Assembly (NCBI GenBank): GCA_976551045.1
Contig: CDPCPM010000180.1
Coordinates: 1 to 64,000, forward strand
Length of the DNA: 64,000 nucleotides
Direction of reading: 5' to 3'
Origin: Glaucostegus cemiculus
Lineage: Eukaryota
Positions 48,694 through 62,685 of this stretch are shown here, piece by piece. The notes beneath the pieces were generated by a model. The model was not told the DNA's origin, did not search any database, and was given only the letters and a program-made list of their open reading frames with translations. How positions within the stretch are numbered: the first letter of the stretch is position 1; every line of letters begins with the position of its first letter. The translations under genes were made by a program, and so were the position numbers.

Positions 48694-51574
48694 AAACTCT
48701 GACAAATGTGTGACGATGCTGGAGTGATCTGGAGTAAGGACAATGATTTCTGATTGCACTTCTTTATAAGGTGACATTTCCTTCCTCCTCGTTTGCTACA
48801 CTTACAGTGTTCCCTTTCCTTGTCCCTTCTTCTTCATCACAAAGTATTCCTCAGTTGTGAGCCAGGAAGCAAACCTGTCTCTCAGACTCTCCCAGTGTAA
48901 ACAGCTGGATGGCGACATTTGGTTTTCCTGTAGCTTATTTACCTTGCGCCACTTTTCCACTGGCGATGGCAGCTCAGCTGAGATCAGGTGCCCAGTTTGT
49001 AGAGAATTGCAGGTGTGCACAATGGAAGATATTTTTGTGACTATTTTTTTTTGAGAAGTAGGCTCATTCATATTAAAACCAAGGTGCTTTCATTGGTTGC
49101 TCGTACAAAATATGGTGAAAAAGAATGCAATTGCACATCATTCTCTTAGTTTCATTTTTCTGCTAAAGAGATGATTACTTATTTATAATTTCTTAAATGT
49201 AATTTAGTAAAGCACATGTATATGTTACAGACATAGCTTTTAACTGACAAATCTTACAGACTTCAATGTTTTCTTCATTGAGGCTCTAGACACATCAATC
49301 AAAGGGCTAAAGACAGGTCCAATGAGGTGAGGTAGATGCAACTAGTGGTTAACATTTTTATTAGAACAGAAATTACATTGCTTTGGTTTTTGGATCGGAA
49401 GCTATGGGTTCCAGCTGGCAATTGCTATTGCAACTATCAAGGAAGTACATTTTGTTTTTGAAATGATGGACTAAATCTGAACAATCCCAATTCACAAGTT
49501 ATTATACAGAAATTTTGTTTCATTATGCGTCCCAATCCATTGCTAGTGACTTGAACAGAACCATACTGCTATTGCCGTTGGTTGATTGAATGTGCACAGA
49601 AAAGCCTAATGGTGACAGCCCTTGTCAGGATAGAGTTCAGCTGGCGGTCAGCAACAGATAATTCAAGATTGCTTCCGAGTTTGTAGCTGGCGGAATTTGC
49701 TGCCTACCCTTTGCCGGCAGAGCTTCTGAGTCCAGTTATTTTGATTAGCAAGGAAACATATTCACTTAGCAACTGCATTTGCACAACACACAGCACTTAT
49801 ACTGCCTCAGAAGGTTTTGCATTGTAAAGGTACAATTGTACTTCATTGTTGATTGATGAACAAAAGAGTTCTGTCTTGTAGTGATGCCAGTCTGTCTGTT
49901 TATTACAATTACTTTGAATTATCATATCTGTGTGAATTAATTGAAGTAAGTTAATACCTGTATAAACTGCAGAGGTGAAATGTTTCAGCTTTCTTTAATC
50001 TAATCCGCGTAAATGTGTGATTTATCTTTTGTTTGCTGTGGAGCTTTCAAATTGTCAGCCTGGGGCGTTCAGACTTTTTAATTGAATGAAAGTATTTACA
50101 ACTTCAGCGGTAAACAAGGGGTGTGAAGGAACGGAAGACCTTTATTGCCTTTGCATGCAAATCTGCCAGGAAAAGGGGACATTTTATTGCTTTATAACCT
50201 TCCTCACCCAGTCTAAATTTCTTAGGAGAAATCTAGAAAGGGATAAAGGGAAAATGGTTGTGGCTCAGCAGCTTGTTTCAGATGTTGATGAGCTTGTCAC
50301 CACTTTTATATGTGTTTTCACCGGAATGGGATTGGAGATAGAAATTTTGATGTGCTGTGAATTACAGAATTTAGGAAATTATTTCTTGTGAAGTATAATA
50401 CATTTTTTTCTCTTTTTCGGCACTGCATATATAAATTTATAATAATTTGGAGAACTTAGTTCTGTATTACTTGCAAATCAACCAAACACACTGCATCATT
50501 ATGCTATTAAAATATATGTGCAGAGTGTGGAGAACATTTTAAAACTGATTGTAAGAAAATTGCAGTTTCTTAACATCAAGAAATTAATACATTTTCAGAA
50601 TAAGGATTTCACAGTAAATTTTAGATGAGTTTGTGCTGGTATTTCAGTGGAAATATCCTTCTAAAACAAGCGGACCAGTTGTATTTTGTAAAAAGTAATG
50701 ATGGAGGTTTAATTTTTTTCTCATTTGTATATTTGGACATGTGCAATATTTCTCTTATAGAAAGCTTCAACAGTATTAAACATTAATATTCTCTTGTTTT
50801 TACTTTGTATCCATTTCTGAATGCCGTTTTACGGGAAGATTTGATGTGTCCTAATTCACATTTCTAAAACCAGACATCTACAAACAACATTTGGTTTTGA
50901 TGTTTGTATTATTCATTTTGAGGCTATGTTGAGTATTTAAGCTGGTGCTAGTGTTGGGAAAGAAAATATACAATTTATAATACTTAAATGTTAACTATTT
51001 AATCTAGTGAGGGTTAGTTGAACATTCCTCTGGACTATCCAATAGCAAAGGATTTTAATCAATATATGAATAACCTTCAGTGAATAATTTTATCATCTCT
51101 GGACTTCTTTTCAGATGTCATCTGCAATAGCAGTAAAGGAGGTGTTTTACATTTTTATTGTTTCATGGCAGATTCTGCTTTATTATTCTGTTAAGAGTTT
51201 GAGCCAAATTTCTGAGGAAAATGCCTTTTAAACATGAATGCAAATGTGGGTGCAGATTGAGCTGATTTGCTAACTACAGCAAAAGCAGCAAAGTTACAGT
51301 CATGCAAAATTAATAACAAACATTCCCCCTCCTGCCTCACTTATTGCTACCTCATTAACCACTTTAAAATTATCTTCTGTATATGATTTACTTTTGCAGT
51401 GCTTGATCAGCAAGGCACTTGCCATCCATTAACTTGTTCATTTATAGAGTACGGGCTCTACGTGATAAAAAGATTTTGTCAGAGTTTAGCACGCAGCATC
51501 TTTTGCTGTATTATTCACAGTTAGCCTAGCAAAATGCTACTTTCACGATATTTTTAAAAGAAATCAGTGTATGG

Positions 51575-52640
51575 ACAATGTTGGCTTGGCCAGCATTTCT
51601 TGACCATCCTCAATTGCCATTGAGCCGCTGGCAGCTGAACCACATTAAATCACTGCAATCCTGCTGAATGTACTCCCAGAGTGTTGTTGGTTCAGGAGTT
51701 CCAGGGGATGCAAACTTGGTGATAATTACAGCGTGTTTCCAAGTCTTGATGGTGTGTGATTTTGGTGGGGGGGGGAGGGGAGAGACTGCAGTAGTAGAAT
51801 TCCCATGACTCTGCTATCCTTTTACTTCCTGTTGATAGAGGCCACATGCATGGGAGGTGCTAACAGAATAGCCTTGTCAAGCAATTGCAGTGCTCTTTGG
51901 ACGGGAATGTTTTTGCAATGGCTAGGAAAGGTTTAAATTAAATTAAACTTAATTTAATTAACTTAGAGGGATGTGGTCCAAATGCTGGCAAATGGGACTA
52001 ACTCAGGACGATACCTTGGTTGGCATGGATGCGTTGGGCCAGTGGCCTGTTTCCATGCTGTTTTATACTGAATCTGCACAAATGACACATGTTGCAGCCA
52101 GAATGTGCAGGTCTTGGAGGGAGGGATGGTAGACAGAATGCTAATCAAGCAGGCTACTTTGTTCCGAATAGTGGCAAGTTTTTTAAGTGTTCTTGGAGCT
52201 GCATTTGCCCAGGCAAGTGGAGAGTAATCACAAGATTTGGAAAAGTGGAAAGGCCTGGTGTGTCAAGAGTTGAGTTGCACGCTCACTTCAGGATACTCAG
52301 CCTTTGAACTACTCTTGTAGCTACAGTGTTTATGTGGCTGATCTAATTAAGTCTTGTGTCAATACTGACTTCCCAGGATATAGATGATGGGCAACTAGCT
52401 GATGGTAATGCCATTAAGATATAAAGGTAGACAGTTAGACACTTGTGAAGAAATGGTCATTGTTGGACGTCTGTGGTTCAAAAATGTTACTTGCCATTTA
52501 TTGGCCCATTCAAGAGAGTTAGTTAGGATTTGCAGTATGCAAATGCAGATACTTTCGATTTATGAGGCATCACAACTGAAATTATACAATCAGCAATGAA
52601 TAGCTACACATTTGCCTTGCGTTAAAAGCCAGACCATTGA
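51575..52640 (-). mobile_element. Old LINE remnant (same group as 1200-1520 and 2200-3685) with a CR1 tail at about 51920-52070
   Basis: Degenerate similarity to the family at 2200-3685 in reverse orientation; CR1-type tail ttagagggatgtggtccaaatgctggcaaatggga. Confidence 0.45.
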
Positions 52641-53249
52641 TGAAATATCAAGGTTGCATCTACATTGAGGCATTAACAGAAACCCAGCAAATGGATAATG
52701 TTATGCTCCCCATTTGGTTATACCTTTTATCTCCTGTCCTGCTAAAATGGCCGAATTGTATCTTAATCTGTATTTTCCTCTAGTACTCACTCCTCGGTTA
52801 GCATCTCATTTGTTCCAGCCCTCTTATCAATATTTTGAAATATTCATTCTCTGCCACCCTCAAGCCCCATAAAACATTTTCTCACCATAGTACCTTATTC
52901 TTTATTCTCCCTTAATCTTTCCCTTTGTTTAAACTCTCTGAACCCCTTATTCATGATGGAGCTTGCTATTTCACATGGTATTGCTAGTTCCATTGTTTGA
53001 TCACAGGTAAGGCCTTTTTTGATTATTTCTGTGCATCACTCTCTACCCCATTTCTTTGTTCAGATTTTGCAAGAAACATCTTCCTATTTCCCCAGTTTTC
53101 AAATTCTCACCCTTAACTTTCCATGCATTGCAATATTTCTGAATTACTTATTGGTACAAACAATTGCCTCTGCCTTTTATAAGCTAGACTCCATTAGGCT
53201 GCTGCTGTTGGTATAGCTTTCAAATCCTAACGTTAGAAGTTTGAACAGA

Positions 53250-55960
53250 TTACAGCATACAACCTTTTTATGCATTTACTACAGAATTGGCTGGACCACA
53301 GAAACACTATTGGACCTTGATCTCATCTGCCAAGTGTTGCAGGATCATTCTGGGCTTTGAAAATAAACCTGACTTCTTTACCACAGCCTGGTTCCTTAAA
53401 AACTAATCTTCTGTCACAAAATTTGAGATGATCTGTTAAATTACTGCTTACTGCTTTCCTGCCTTCCCTAAATCACTGGGCCAAAGACCAAGATGCCCAG
53501 TTCTCAAATCCACATCTCTCTCAAATCTCCTCTAATATCCTCTCCAAGTGTATCTTGTCCATGAATTCCACTTCCTTTTCCCTTGACCACCAGTAGCCAA
53601 TCATCAAGCTTCCTTTCTTGGCCCCATCCTTAGCTGATATTGTTTAGGGTTTTGTCTCCTTCACATGTGCCATCAACATCTGTTTCTTTAAATAAGCAGC
53701 ATCTTGTCCACCCCATCTTTGTAAACTACCGTTCCATCTTCGGCTCCCCTTCTCCAAAGTACCTGAACTTTGCCCCTCAAATCCATTTCCTCCTTTCCTA
53801 GCATTCCTTGTTAGAATTCCTCCCATCAGGTTTCGATAACCGACACTGCACCAAAATAGCTCCAATCAATATCAACAATAGCATCTTACGTGACCATCAA
53901 GAGGAATTTTACCGTTTCTTGCCATTTTAGGCCTTTGTATTGCCAATGACATGATTGACAGCACAGTACTCTGCAGCCTTCAAGAAGACATAATAGTCTA
54001 GTTCTATTCTTATCTATGCAGTCATTGGCAGGGAATCATCCACAAATAGCTTATCTTCCCATGTCTGCACTATTTCCTCTCTCCCCAAAGGAATTATCAT
54101 TGGACCCTCCTTTTTCTTACTTGCACACTTGCCTCTTGAGATTATCGCAGGAAGTCAGCCAATTTCCTCGGGATCTGATGATAACAAGCTTTACCCAAAC
54201 ATCACCTCTTCTGACTCATTCAATATCACTAAATTCTCTTTCTGCCTGTCTGCTGTTTAATACTGGATGAACATAAATTTCCACCATTTGGGAAGACAAA
54301 AGCTATTGGCCAGAATTTTTCTGCAAGGTGACAACGAGTCTGAGACTTCTATGGATGCCTTGTCAAATGCCAATGTATCAAACATATCCACCAAAAGTTG
54401 GCTCCATGTCTTTCTATATATTCTGGGGAATCTAGCAGCAGAATTGGAGCTTGCTGAATTTCCAGCACATGCTGGGTATCTGTTCTCAGATCCTGTACCA
54501 GATTAGAAAGGTGAGAGAGAAAATAAATTCACTTTCTAATTATATGTGGTTTGTTTAATGTCTTTAAGAATTTGGTGTTTGAATTATTTATTTTTAATTG
54601 TTAAATTCTTTCACTTTTAATAGTATTTAAGCATTTCTGAGTTTGAGATATTCAGAAACATGTTGAAACCTTGATAGCTTTAACATCTGGCAACACTGAG
54701 GGCTGGACTTTATTGGTTGTCAAAGCTGTTGGGCAAGTTTTATGGCAAAACTTCTCCACTGTGTTATTTAAGGTCCCATTTGCTCAGGGACTCGAGGACA
54801 CTGGATGCCAGCAAGTTATGTCTGCTACATCTTTAAAAAAACGAGTTTGGGAGAGTGCCAGTGAAATCTAGACTCTTGTTGTTGGGTCATAGAGTAATAC
54901 AGCACGAAAACAGGCTCTTGGGATCAACTGGTCCATGCTGGCCAAGATGTCCATCTAAGCTAGTCCCATTTGCCCACATTTTTTCCCATAACCTCTAACC
55001 CTTTCCTATCCATGTATCTGTCCAAACATCTCTTAAATGTGGTTATTGTGCCTGTCTCAATTACTTCCTCTGCCCTTCAGCTCCCTTTTGAATCTTTCCC
55101 CTCTCATCTTAAACCTATGCCCTCTAATTTTTGAGTCCCTTACCCTGGGAAAAAGTATGTGCGTTCTATGCCCCTCATGATTTAATACACCTGTATAAGA
55201 TCACCCCTCAAAGTCATAGTCATTCAGCACAGAAATGGCCCTTCAGCCTTTAGTAATGCAACTTTACTTCTCCCTGGGAACTCTCGGAAACTAAATCAAA
55301 CTGTTTGCCAGCTTGATGCCGAATCTGTCATTTATCTCCACAACCGCTAAGATGCCTGCTTCCTCCTGGATTGCCAAATTTTGTTCCCCACTCAGTTCAT
55401 TTGCTATTCAGTCCCTTCATCACTTCTTTCTTAACTTCAGACTGGATTCTTTCCATGTGCTCCTGGTCCGCCTCATTCTTCCACCTTGTTAATATGAAGT
55501 CATTTCAAGCTTTCCAGTCTGTGCTTAAACCAGCCTCAGATCCCATTCATCCTTCAGCCCTCACTCACTGACACACATTTGTTCTAAGCAAACAGTGCTT
55601 TACCTTCAGAAATTCTCAGTGCATTTTAAATCTGACCACTATCTTGCTTTTAACTACCTTTTTGTAATCTCCTCCGACCTTACAATTAATCTAGAAATCT
55701 CCTCTACATCAGTGATGAACATCCCAGACTTCAATTGCTTTACCCTTAGTAGTCATGCCTTCACTTGTCAAGATCTCTATAGCTAGGGATTCCTCCCTAA
55801 ATATCCTCACTTCTCTACATCTCACTCCTTTTTTTGTGTGATCTATAAAATGTACTTCTATCATGTGCTCCAATTTCTCCTAGTGTGGCTCGGTGACAAA
55901 TTTTATTTGGTAATACTCCTCTGGTGCTTTGATGTTCTGGCAGGTTAAGACACTCTACAA
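53250..55960 (+). mobile_element. Scattered old L2-like LINE remnants with a nested minus-strand CR1 tail (about 54885-55215)
   Basis: ccgacactgcaccaaaatagctcc (H.TETAL-like), ggaattatcattggaccctcctttt (QGS.LGPLLF-like), ccatgccttca-type L2 3' region. Confidence 0.45.
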
Positions 55961-57674
55961 GTACACACTGATATTACACTGTGAGCAGTGTGAAAGGAAA
56001 TCATATCTGTTTTGTCAGTTTTATGTACGCCCATTTGAGGCGATGAACAGTGTCTTAAACGTGATTGTGCTTTGATCTCCATTTTTTTTTAAACCATGGA
56101 AAGTGGTGCTGTGTCTTTTTTTCCCTTTGAAGTTATAGCTGCTGCAGTGGCTAATTGAGGGGGCTGCTTGGGATTTTAATTAAGAGGTGGGGCATTTTCG
56201 ATCTGGTGTAATCCAGTACAGAAACATGGGAGAATTTTCACAGAAGCTCACCGAAATGCATTTACTGTATGCAGTGGCCAAGACCACATGCCGACTCCAG
56301 CCCTCATAGGATAGGAGTTTAGTTTGCCCCAAAAACATCTTTCAGGGTTCTTTGCCTTACTTTTCTGCATGCCTTCCTCAAGGCAGCTTCTACACGATAC
56401 TCAGAAAGCTGCAAATGCTCTAATTCTGAAATAAAACCAATATTCTGCAAACACTGAGCAAGTCAGACAACACTTGCGGAAAGGGAGGCAGTTAATGTTT
56501 CAAGACAAAGACCCTTATATTATGCAGTCCATAATGCCAAAGAATGCTGGAAAAATGCTCCTGGAACAACTTCCCAATCTGTTTGCAAAATGTATTATTT
56601 AGTTCTATTGACACTGAAGGTCTCAGTGGAAGAGTATGTTTCAGATCTACTCCATTATAAACAAACTAGGTAGTGGATTTCTCCACAAGAACTTGAACCA
56701 TCTTTTAGCTCAACAGAGAATTTTTTTGTAAGTATAGACAGAGAGTTTGAATTCAGAAGCAAGTCTGTAGTATGTTTGACATGTTGGAACATTCTCTAGT
56801 ATATGGCAGACATTCCTTTGCTACCAACATTATTTACTTGGCTGGGTAATGTACCTCCAAATGTCCACTCTTCTGGTTCTTGGTGCCAACCTCTCAATTT
56901 AGTAGTGTTTGTATTTATAGAAGATCATGTGTTTCTGAATGAGATATCAGTCCTTTGTTTTTTTTCATGAGTATATTTGACCTTTTGGTGAAACCAACTG
57001 TCTTCATTGTTACTCTTCTTCATGTACCTATAGATGCAGCAAAGACTGTGAAACCAGACAACCTCTTGTAGCACTGAGGATTTGTGCTTTAAAGTTGGTT
57101 GTGGCATTAACCCAGTACTGCTGCAGCATTGGCATCTACTCAGCAACATTGAAAATTGCCCAGTTATGTTCAATCCACAAAAACCAGGACAAATTAAATC
57201 TGGCTAATTCCTACCCACTCAAACTACTCTCAATGAGTGGCTCTGCTACTAATGATGACTAGGAAGGCTTAGAAAAGTTGATTTGGAAGAGGCCCCCTTT
57301 GCATGCTTTTACAGTATGTGTTGAAGCTTCTCTTGCATATTACTGTGAACAGTTATGTTGTCAATAACTAACTGTACTATATCATTTAGTTGATATTCAT
57401 ATTTCTGATGAATTGTCCATGGTTATAATGCTTAATTTTGCAATTGTACCACATGCTTGTAATTAAATGGCTGTGAATTTTTACTTTTTTGGATGTTCAT
57501 ATGCATCCCATTTGTTGTAATTTTCATTTCAGAGATTTCATTTTTGGTGGTCTTCCACTGATGAATGCTCTGTGGATGTCTAAGATAATATAGTTATTAA
57601 GTTACTTTTGTTCTAAAAGTCGAAAGGTAGCCCTCAATTCTTCTCAAACTTGCAGTCTTGTCTTACGTAATTTA

Positions 57675-57976
57675 TAAGGTAAGATATCTTTATTAGTCAT
57701 ATGTACATTGAAACACACAGTGAAATGCATCTTTTCACGTAGAGTGTTCTGGGGGCAGCCTGCAAATGTCACCGCACTTCTGGCGCCAACATAGCACGCC
57801 CACAACTTCTTAACCCGTTTGTCTTTTTTTGGGAATGTGGGAGGAAACCGGAGCACCCGGAGGAAAACCACGCAGACATGGGGAGAACGTACAACCTTTT
57901 TACAGACAGCAGCCGGAATTGAACCCGAGCCGCTGGCTCTGTAGTAGTGTTACGCTAACCGCTACACTACCGTGCC
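57675..57976 (-). mobile_element. V-SINE-type SINE family A, full length
   Basis: Reverse complement of 46208-46511 at high similarity. Confidence 0.92.
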
Positions 57977-58644
57977 TTTTTTTTTGGACCTGGTCACTTG
58001 CTTAACTGGTCAGAACTCGAAATTATTTAGAACTTCTCTAACAGCTTAATTGAGGTGTTGTAGAATAATTTTCACTTGTATTATGAGATGGATATTTGTG
58101 ACATTTACATTCATTCTAATTTAATCTATTCAGAGGGATATTGGGAAAATATTTGGTAATAGAGCTGGATATGAACCATGTTATTTCCTTTTGCCATGGT
58201 TATGATCAGACTTGCTTAGTTTAATCAATATTTAAAAAAAAAATGTATGATGTTTCCACATTGGGGCATATTGCATGATCTGAATGGATTATATCAATAG
58301 CTACTTAAGTTACTGTATAACCGTCTTCATTGTTTGATGGGATTAATTGTGTCAGGATTCTGAGTATATAAAAAAATTATTTTGCCTCTAAGTGTTGTTG
58401 GACCTATATCTCTATGTCTCCAAATTATTTTATCACCTGTCATTCATGGCCAAATGGGATCAAAATTTTCTAACAACTCAATTACCATTATCTGTAGTAA
58501 GTTGTTTACACCAGTAGGTGTTTTTACCATGAACTAAGCAAGAAAGTTTTCCATATGGCTTCAGCATTCAATGCATAATTTTATCTTTCGGTGCAAGAGT
58601 CAGAACGATTTAAGTTGTGGCCATTGCTGAGTACGAGACGGTAT

Positions 58645-59065
58645 AAATTCAAGGGAGGGGAAAAATTTAAAGGAGATTTGTGAGGCAAATATTTTACAGG
58701 GAGAGGGGTAGGTGTCTGGAGCACACTGCCAGGGGAGATGGTAGAAACAGATACAATAACAAAGTTTAAGAAGTATTTAGACAGATTTGTGAACAGGCAG
58801 GGAATAGAGGGATATGGACCATGTGCAGGCAGATGGGATTAGTTTAATTTGGAATCACGGTCAACACAGACATGATGGGCTAATGCACCTATTCTCATGC
58901 TGTACTTTTCTATGTTTATTGAAGAGAGCGGTAGAGATTGCCATGTACCTTCTGCAATATTTATTTATTTTTGTAACTTATGGTAATTTTTATGTCTTGC
59001 ACTGTACTGCTGCTGCAAAACAACAAATTTCATAACATATGTCAGTGATAATTGATTCTAATCTT
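58645..59065 (+). mobile_element. CR1 3' fragment followed by a Rex1/Babar-type tail (about 58955-59065)
   Basis: GGKFKGDL*GKYF..R.VGVWSTLPGEMVETD; second part matches the tail of the element at 4576. Confidence 0.7.
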
Positions 59066-59549
59066 CTGTTGGGTGCAGTGATATAATACATAAAACATAT
59101 GCAGAAGATACTAAAATCTGTTGTTAAATTATTTTCTGAACACTATATGGAAACTGTAACAACAAGCTAACTTTAAAACAACATTTCTCTTTATTTTTAA
59201 TCCTGATTTTTGTCATATAAGGAAAATAAAGATGCACTTATTGATGTTGGAAATCTGAAGATTAGGGCAGTAGTAGGCCAAATCCTTGAGGCTGTTCATT
59301 TAAACTAAGTAGCACCCTAACTTGGTGCACAACTTTTGCTCTAAATAGTTTTATACCGAATGCCATCTATCAAAAAAAAATCTGTCAATCTCAGTCTCAA
59401 AGTTTTTAATTCACCCAGCCTTACCAGCATTAGGGAATTATTTTCAATTTTCTACAACTCACAAGCAACATATACTATCCCATACTATTCAAATGTTGTA
59501 CCAGCTCTGTCATATTTATAATTCTGGTTCAAGTAAATTAGCTTACCAC

Positions 59550-60880
59550 AGTCCACTGACATCTTCTACAAACCCACTGATGCCCACAGCTACCTTGATT
59601 ACAGCTCCTCCCACCCTGTCTCTTGCAAGGACACGATCCCTTTCTCTCAATTTCTCTACCTCCGCCACATCTGCTCCCATGGTGAGGTTTCCACTCCAGG
59701 ACATCAGAGATGTCCAACTTCTTTACTAACCGTGTCTTCTCTCCTACTGTGATCAAGAGAGCTCACACCCACATCTCTGCTATTTCCTGCACCTCTGCTC
59801 TCACCCCCACCCCTCCCAGTCCCAACAGGGATAGGGTCCCCCTTGTCCTCACGTTTCATCCCACCAGTCTACGTATCCAACACATCGTTCTCCGCCCCTT
59901 CCGCCATCTCCAACGGGACCCTACTACCAAGCATATCTTCCCCGCCCCACCCCTTTCTGCCTCTCGCATGGACCGCTCTCTCTGTGACTCCATGGTTCAC
60001 TCCTCCCCCTCCCATCCTGATTCCACTTCGGGAACTTTCCACTGCCCCCGCCATAGCTGTAACACTTGCCCCTACACCATTTCCATCACCTCCATCCAGG
60101 GACCCAAACAGTCCTTTCAGGTGAGGCAGAGATTTACCTGCACCACCCGTAATATCATCTACTGCATTCAGTGCCCCAAGTGAGGCCTCCTCTACATCGG
60201 CGAGACCAAACGTAGATCAGGTGACCGCTTCGTAGAACACCTACACTACGTCTGTAACCGCGATCTGCAACTCCCCGTTGCCAGTCACTTCAACTCCCCC
60301 TCCCCCTCCATCACTGATATGTCAGTCCTCGGCCTCCTCCACTGCCAGGAGAAATCCAAACGCAAACTGAAAGAACAACTCATGTTCCATCTTGGAACCT
60401 TGCAGCCTAATGGCATGAACATTGAATTCTTCCACTTTATGTCAACCAACACCCCTACCCATCCCCACCTTGCCTCTTCTTCCCTTTCCGGGCCTATCTC
60501 TTTTTTTCCTCCGCCAATTTTTTCCTCCTTCTCCTTTTCCTCTCCTCCCCTCCCCCCATGCCGCGGGTCCCCATATCTTTGACCCATCCCCCAGTGGATT
60601 TACTCTCTCCCTCTTACCCTGTACCTGCCTATTACTGTCTCTTACCAGCATCTACCTATCACCACCCTGCCTCCCCTCTTTTGTCCAGCTATCACGGCTC
60701 TGTTGCTCTGGTGGTAATATTTGGCTTTCCCTTTTCCTGTCTTCAGTCCAGAAGAAGGGTCCTGACCCAAAATGTTGACCACCTGCTTTTCTCCATGGAT
60801 GGTGCCTGGCCTGCTGAGTTCGTCCAGCATCTTTTGTTTTTCCATCTAAATTCCAGCATCTGCAGTCCTTCGTTTCTCTA
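59550..60880 (+). mobile_element. Penelope-like element: RT thumb, GIY-YIG endonuclease and 3' terminus (5'-truncated, disabled)
   Basis: TDIFYKPTDAHSYLDYSSSHP..CKDTIPFSQF; RVPLVLTFHP; FTCTTRNIIYCIQCPK*GLLYIGETKRRSGDRFVEH; decayed hammerhead at 60744-60781. Confidence 0.9.
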
Positions 60881-60969
60881 GTTTACTATAGTGTAGGGCA
60901 TAACTAATAATAATTTGTCCTGATCTCAGTAGTGTGGTGTGGTAACATGGCCCTTGGAAAATAACAGGA

Positions 60970-62685
60970 TTGGGAAGAGTGAACACTGATATATGAAAGG
61001 GAAATCATTTTTGACAAAACTGTAACTGATTTTTAAACTCGTAACTAGCAGTGGAGATAAATTTCAATCAGTTCATACCATGTATTTGGATTTTCAGACG
61101 ACCATCAATAAAGTGTCACAGAAAGATTATCAAATGAAATTAGAGTAGTCATAAAGGGGATAAAATATTGACATAGTTTGAGAATTGGTTAACAGACAGA
61201 AAACTGAATAAGAACAAATGGGTTATTTTCAAATTGGGAGCTATAACTACTGAAGTGCCACAGGGATCAGTAATGGGGTCATGGCTATTTTCAATCTGTA
61301 TCAATGATTTGGATGAGGGAATCAAATGTAATATGTCAGAGTTTGCTGATGATCCAAAGCTATGTGGCAGTGTGGGTTGTGAGTAAGGTGCAGAAAAACT
61401 TCAAGGGTCTGTGGACAGGTTAAGTAAATTGGCAAAGACATGGCAGATGCAATATAATGTGGAAAAATGTGAGGTCATCCATTTTAATGGAAAAAATTGC
61501 AAGGTAGATTATTTGTTGCAAAGTGAGAGAGAGAGAAACATGTTGGTATACAGAAGGACCCAGGTGTCTTTGTATACTGAAAATTAATATGCAGGTTCAG
61601 TGAACAATTATTGGTATTGGTTTATTATTGTCACTTGTACTGAGGTACAATGAAAAACTTGTCTTGCATACCGATCGTGCAGGTCAATTCATTACATAGT
61701 GCAGATACATTGAGTCAGTACAGAGTGCTCTGAGGTAGTACAGGGTAAAAACAATAACAGAGCAGAGTAAAGTTATGGCTACAGAGGAAATGCAGTGCAG
61801 GTAGACAATAAGGTGCAAGGTCACAACAGGGTAGATTGTGAGGTCAAGAGTCCATCTCATTGTATAAGGGAACTGTTCAATAATCTTATCACAGTCGGAT
61901 AGAAGCTGTCCTTGAGCCTGGTGGTGTGTGCCCTCAGGCTCCTGTATCTTCTGCCTGATGGGAGAGGAGAAAAGAGAGAATGACTTGGGTGGGTGGGGTC
62001 TTTGATAATGCTGGCTGCTTCACCAAGACAACGAGAGGTAAAAACAGAGTCCATGGACGGGAGGCTGGCTTCTGTTATGTGCTGGACTGCGTCCACAATT
62101 AGGAAGGCAAACACTATATTGACCTGTATGGCAAAAGGATTTGGATGCAAGATATCTTGCCCCACTTGTACATAACCCTGGTGAGACCATGTGGAATATT
62201 GTGTATAGGTCTGGTCTCCCTACCAAAGGAAGGGTATACTTACAATAGATGGAGTTTAATAAATTTTGCCAGATTGATTCTTGGGATAGTGGGTTTACCT
62301 TATGAAGAGGGATTAAGCTGACTATGCCTGTACTCAAGTATTAAGAAGAATGAGAAGTGATTTCATTGAATTGCGCAAAATTCTAATGTGGCATGGCAGA
62401 GAAGGTGCAGAGCTGATGTCTCCTGTGTCTGTGGTTTCTACAGTCAGGGACACAATATCAAAATAAAGAGGTGGATATACAGGACAGAGATGAAAATAAA
62501 TTTCTTCATTCAAAAGATGGTCAATCTTTCAAGTTCTGTGCCCTAAGAGAGTAGGAGAGGCTCAGTCACCAAGTATATACAAGACGGGTTTGATATATCT
62601 TTATCTAAATAAAGGAATCTGGATTTAAGCCTGAAAGTGGTGCCAAGGTATAAGATCAGCCATGATCTTACTGAATAGCCAATCA
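60970..62685 (+). mobile_element. Old CR1 RT fragment split by a Rex1/Babar insertion
   Basis: YLDFQ, VPQGSV.G, FADD.KL, WQMQYNVEKCEVIHF and LVRP..EYCV remnants. Confidence 0.85.
61611..62094 (-). mobile_element. Rex1/Babar-type LINE 3' fragment with 7-bp flanking duplication acaatta
   Basis: AASIIKDPTHPSHSLFSPLPSGRRYRSLRAHTTRLKDSFYP; acaatta at 61604-61610 and 62095-62101. Confidence 0.88.
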
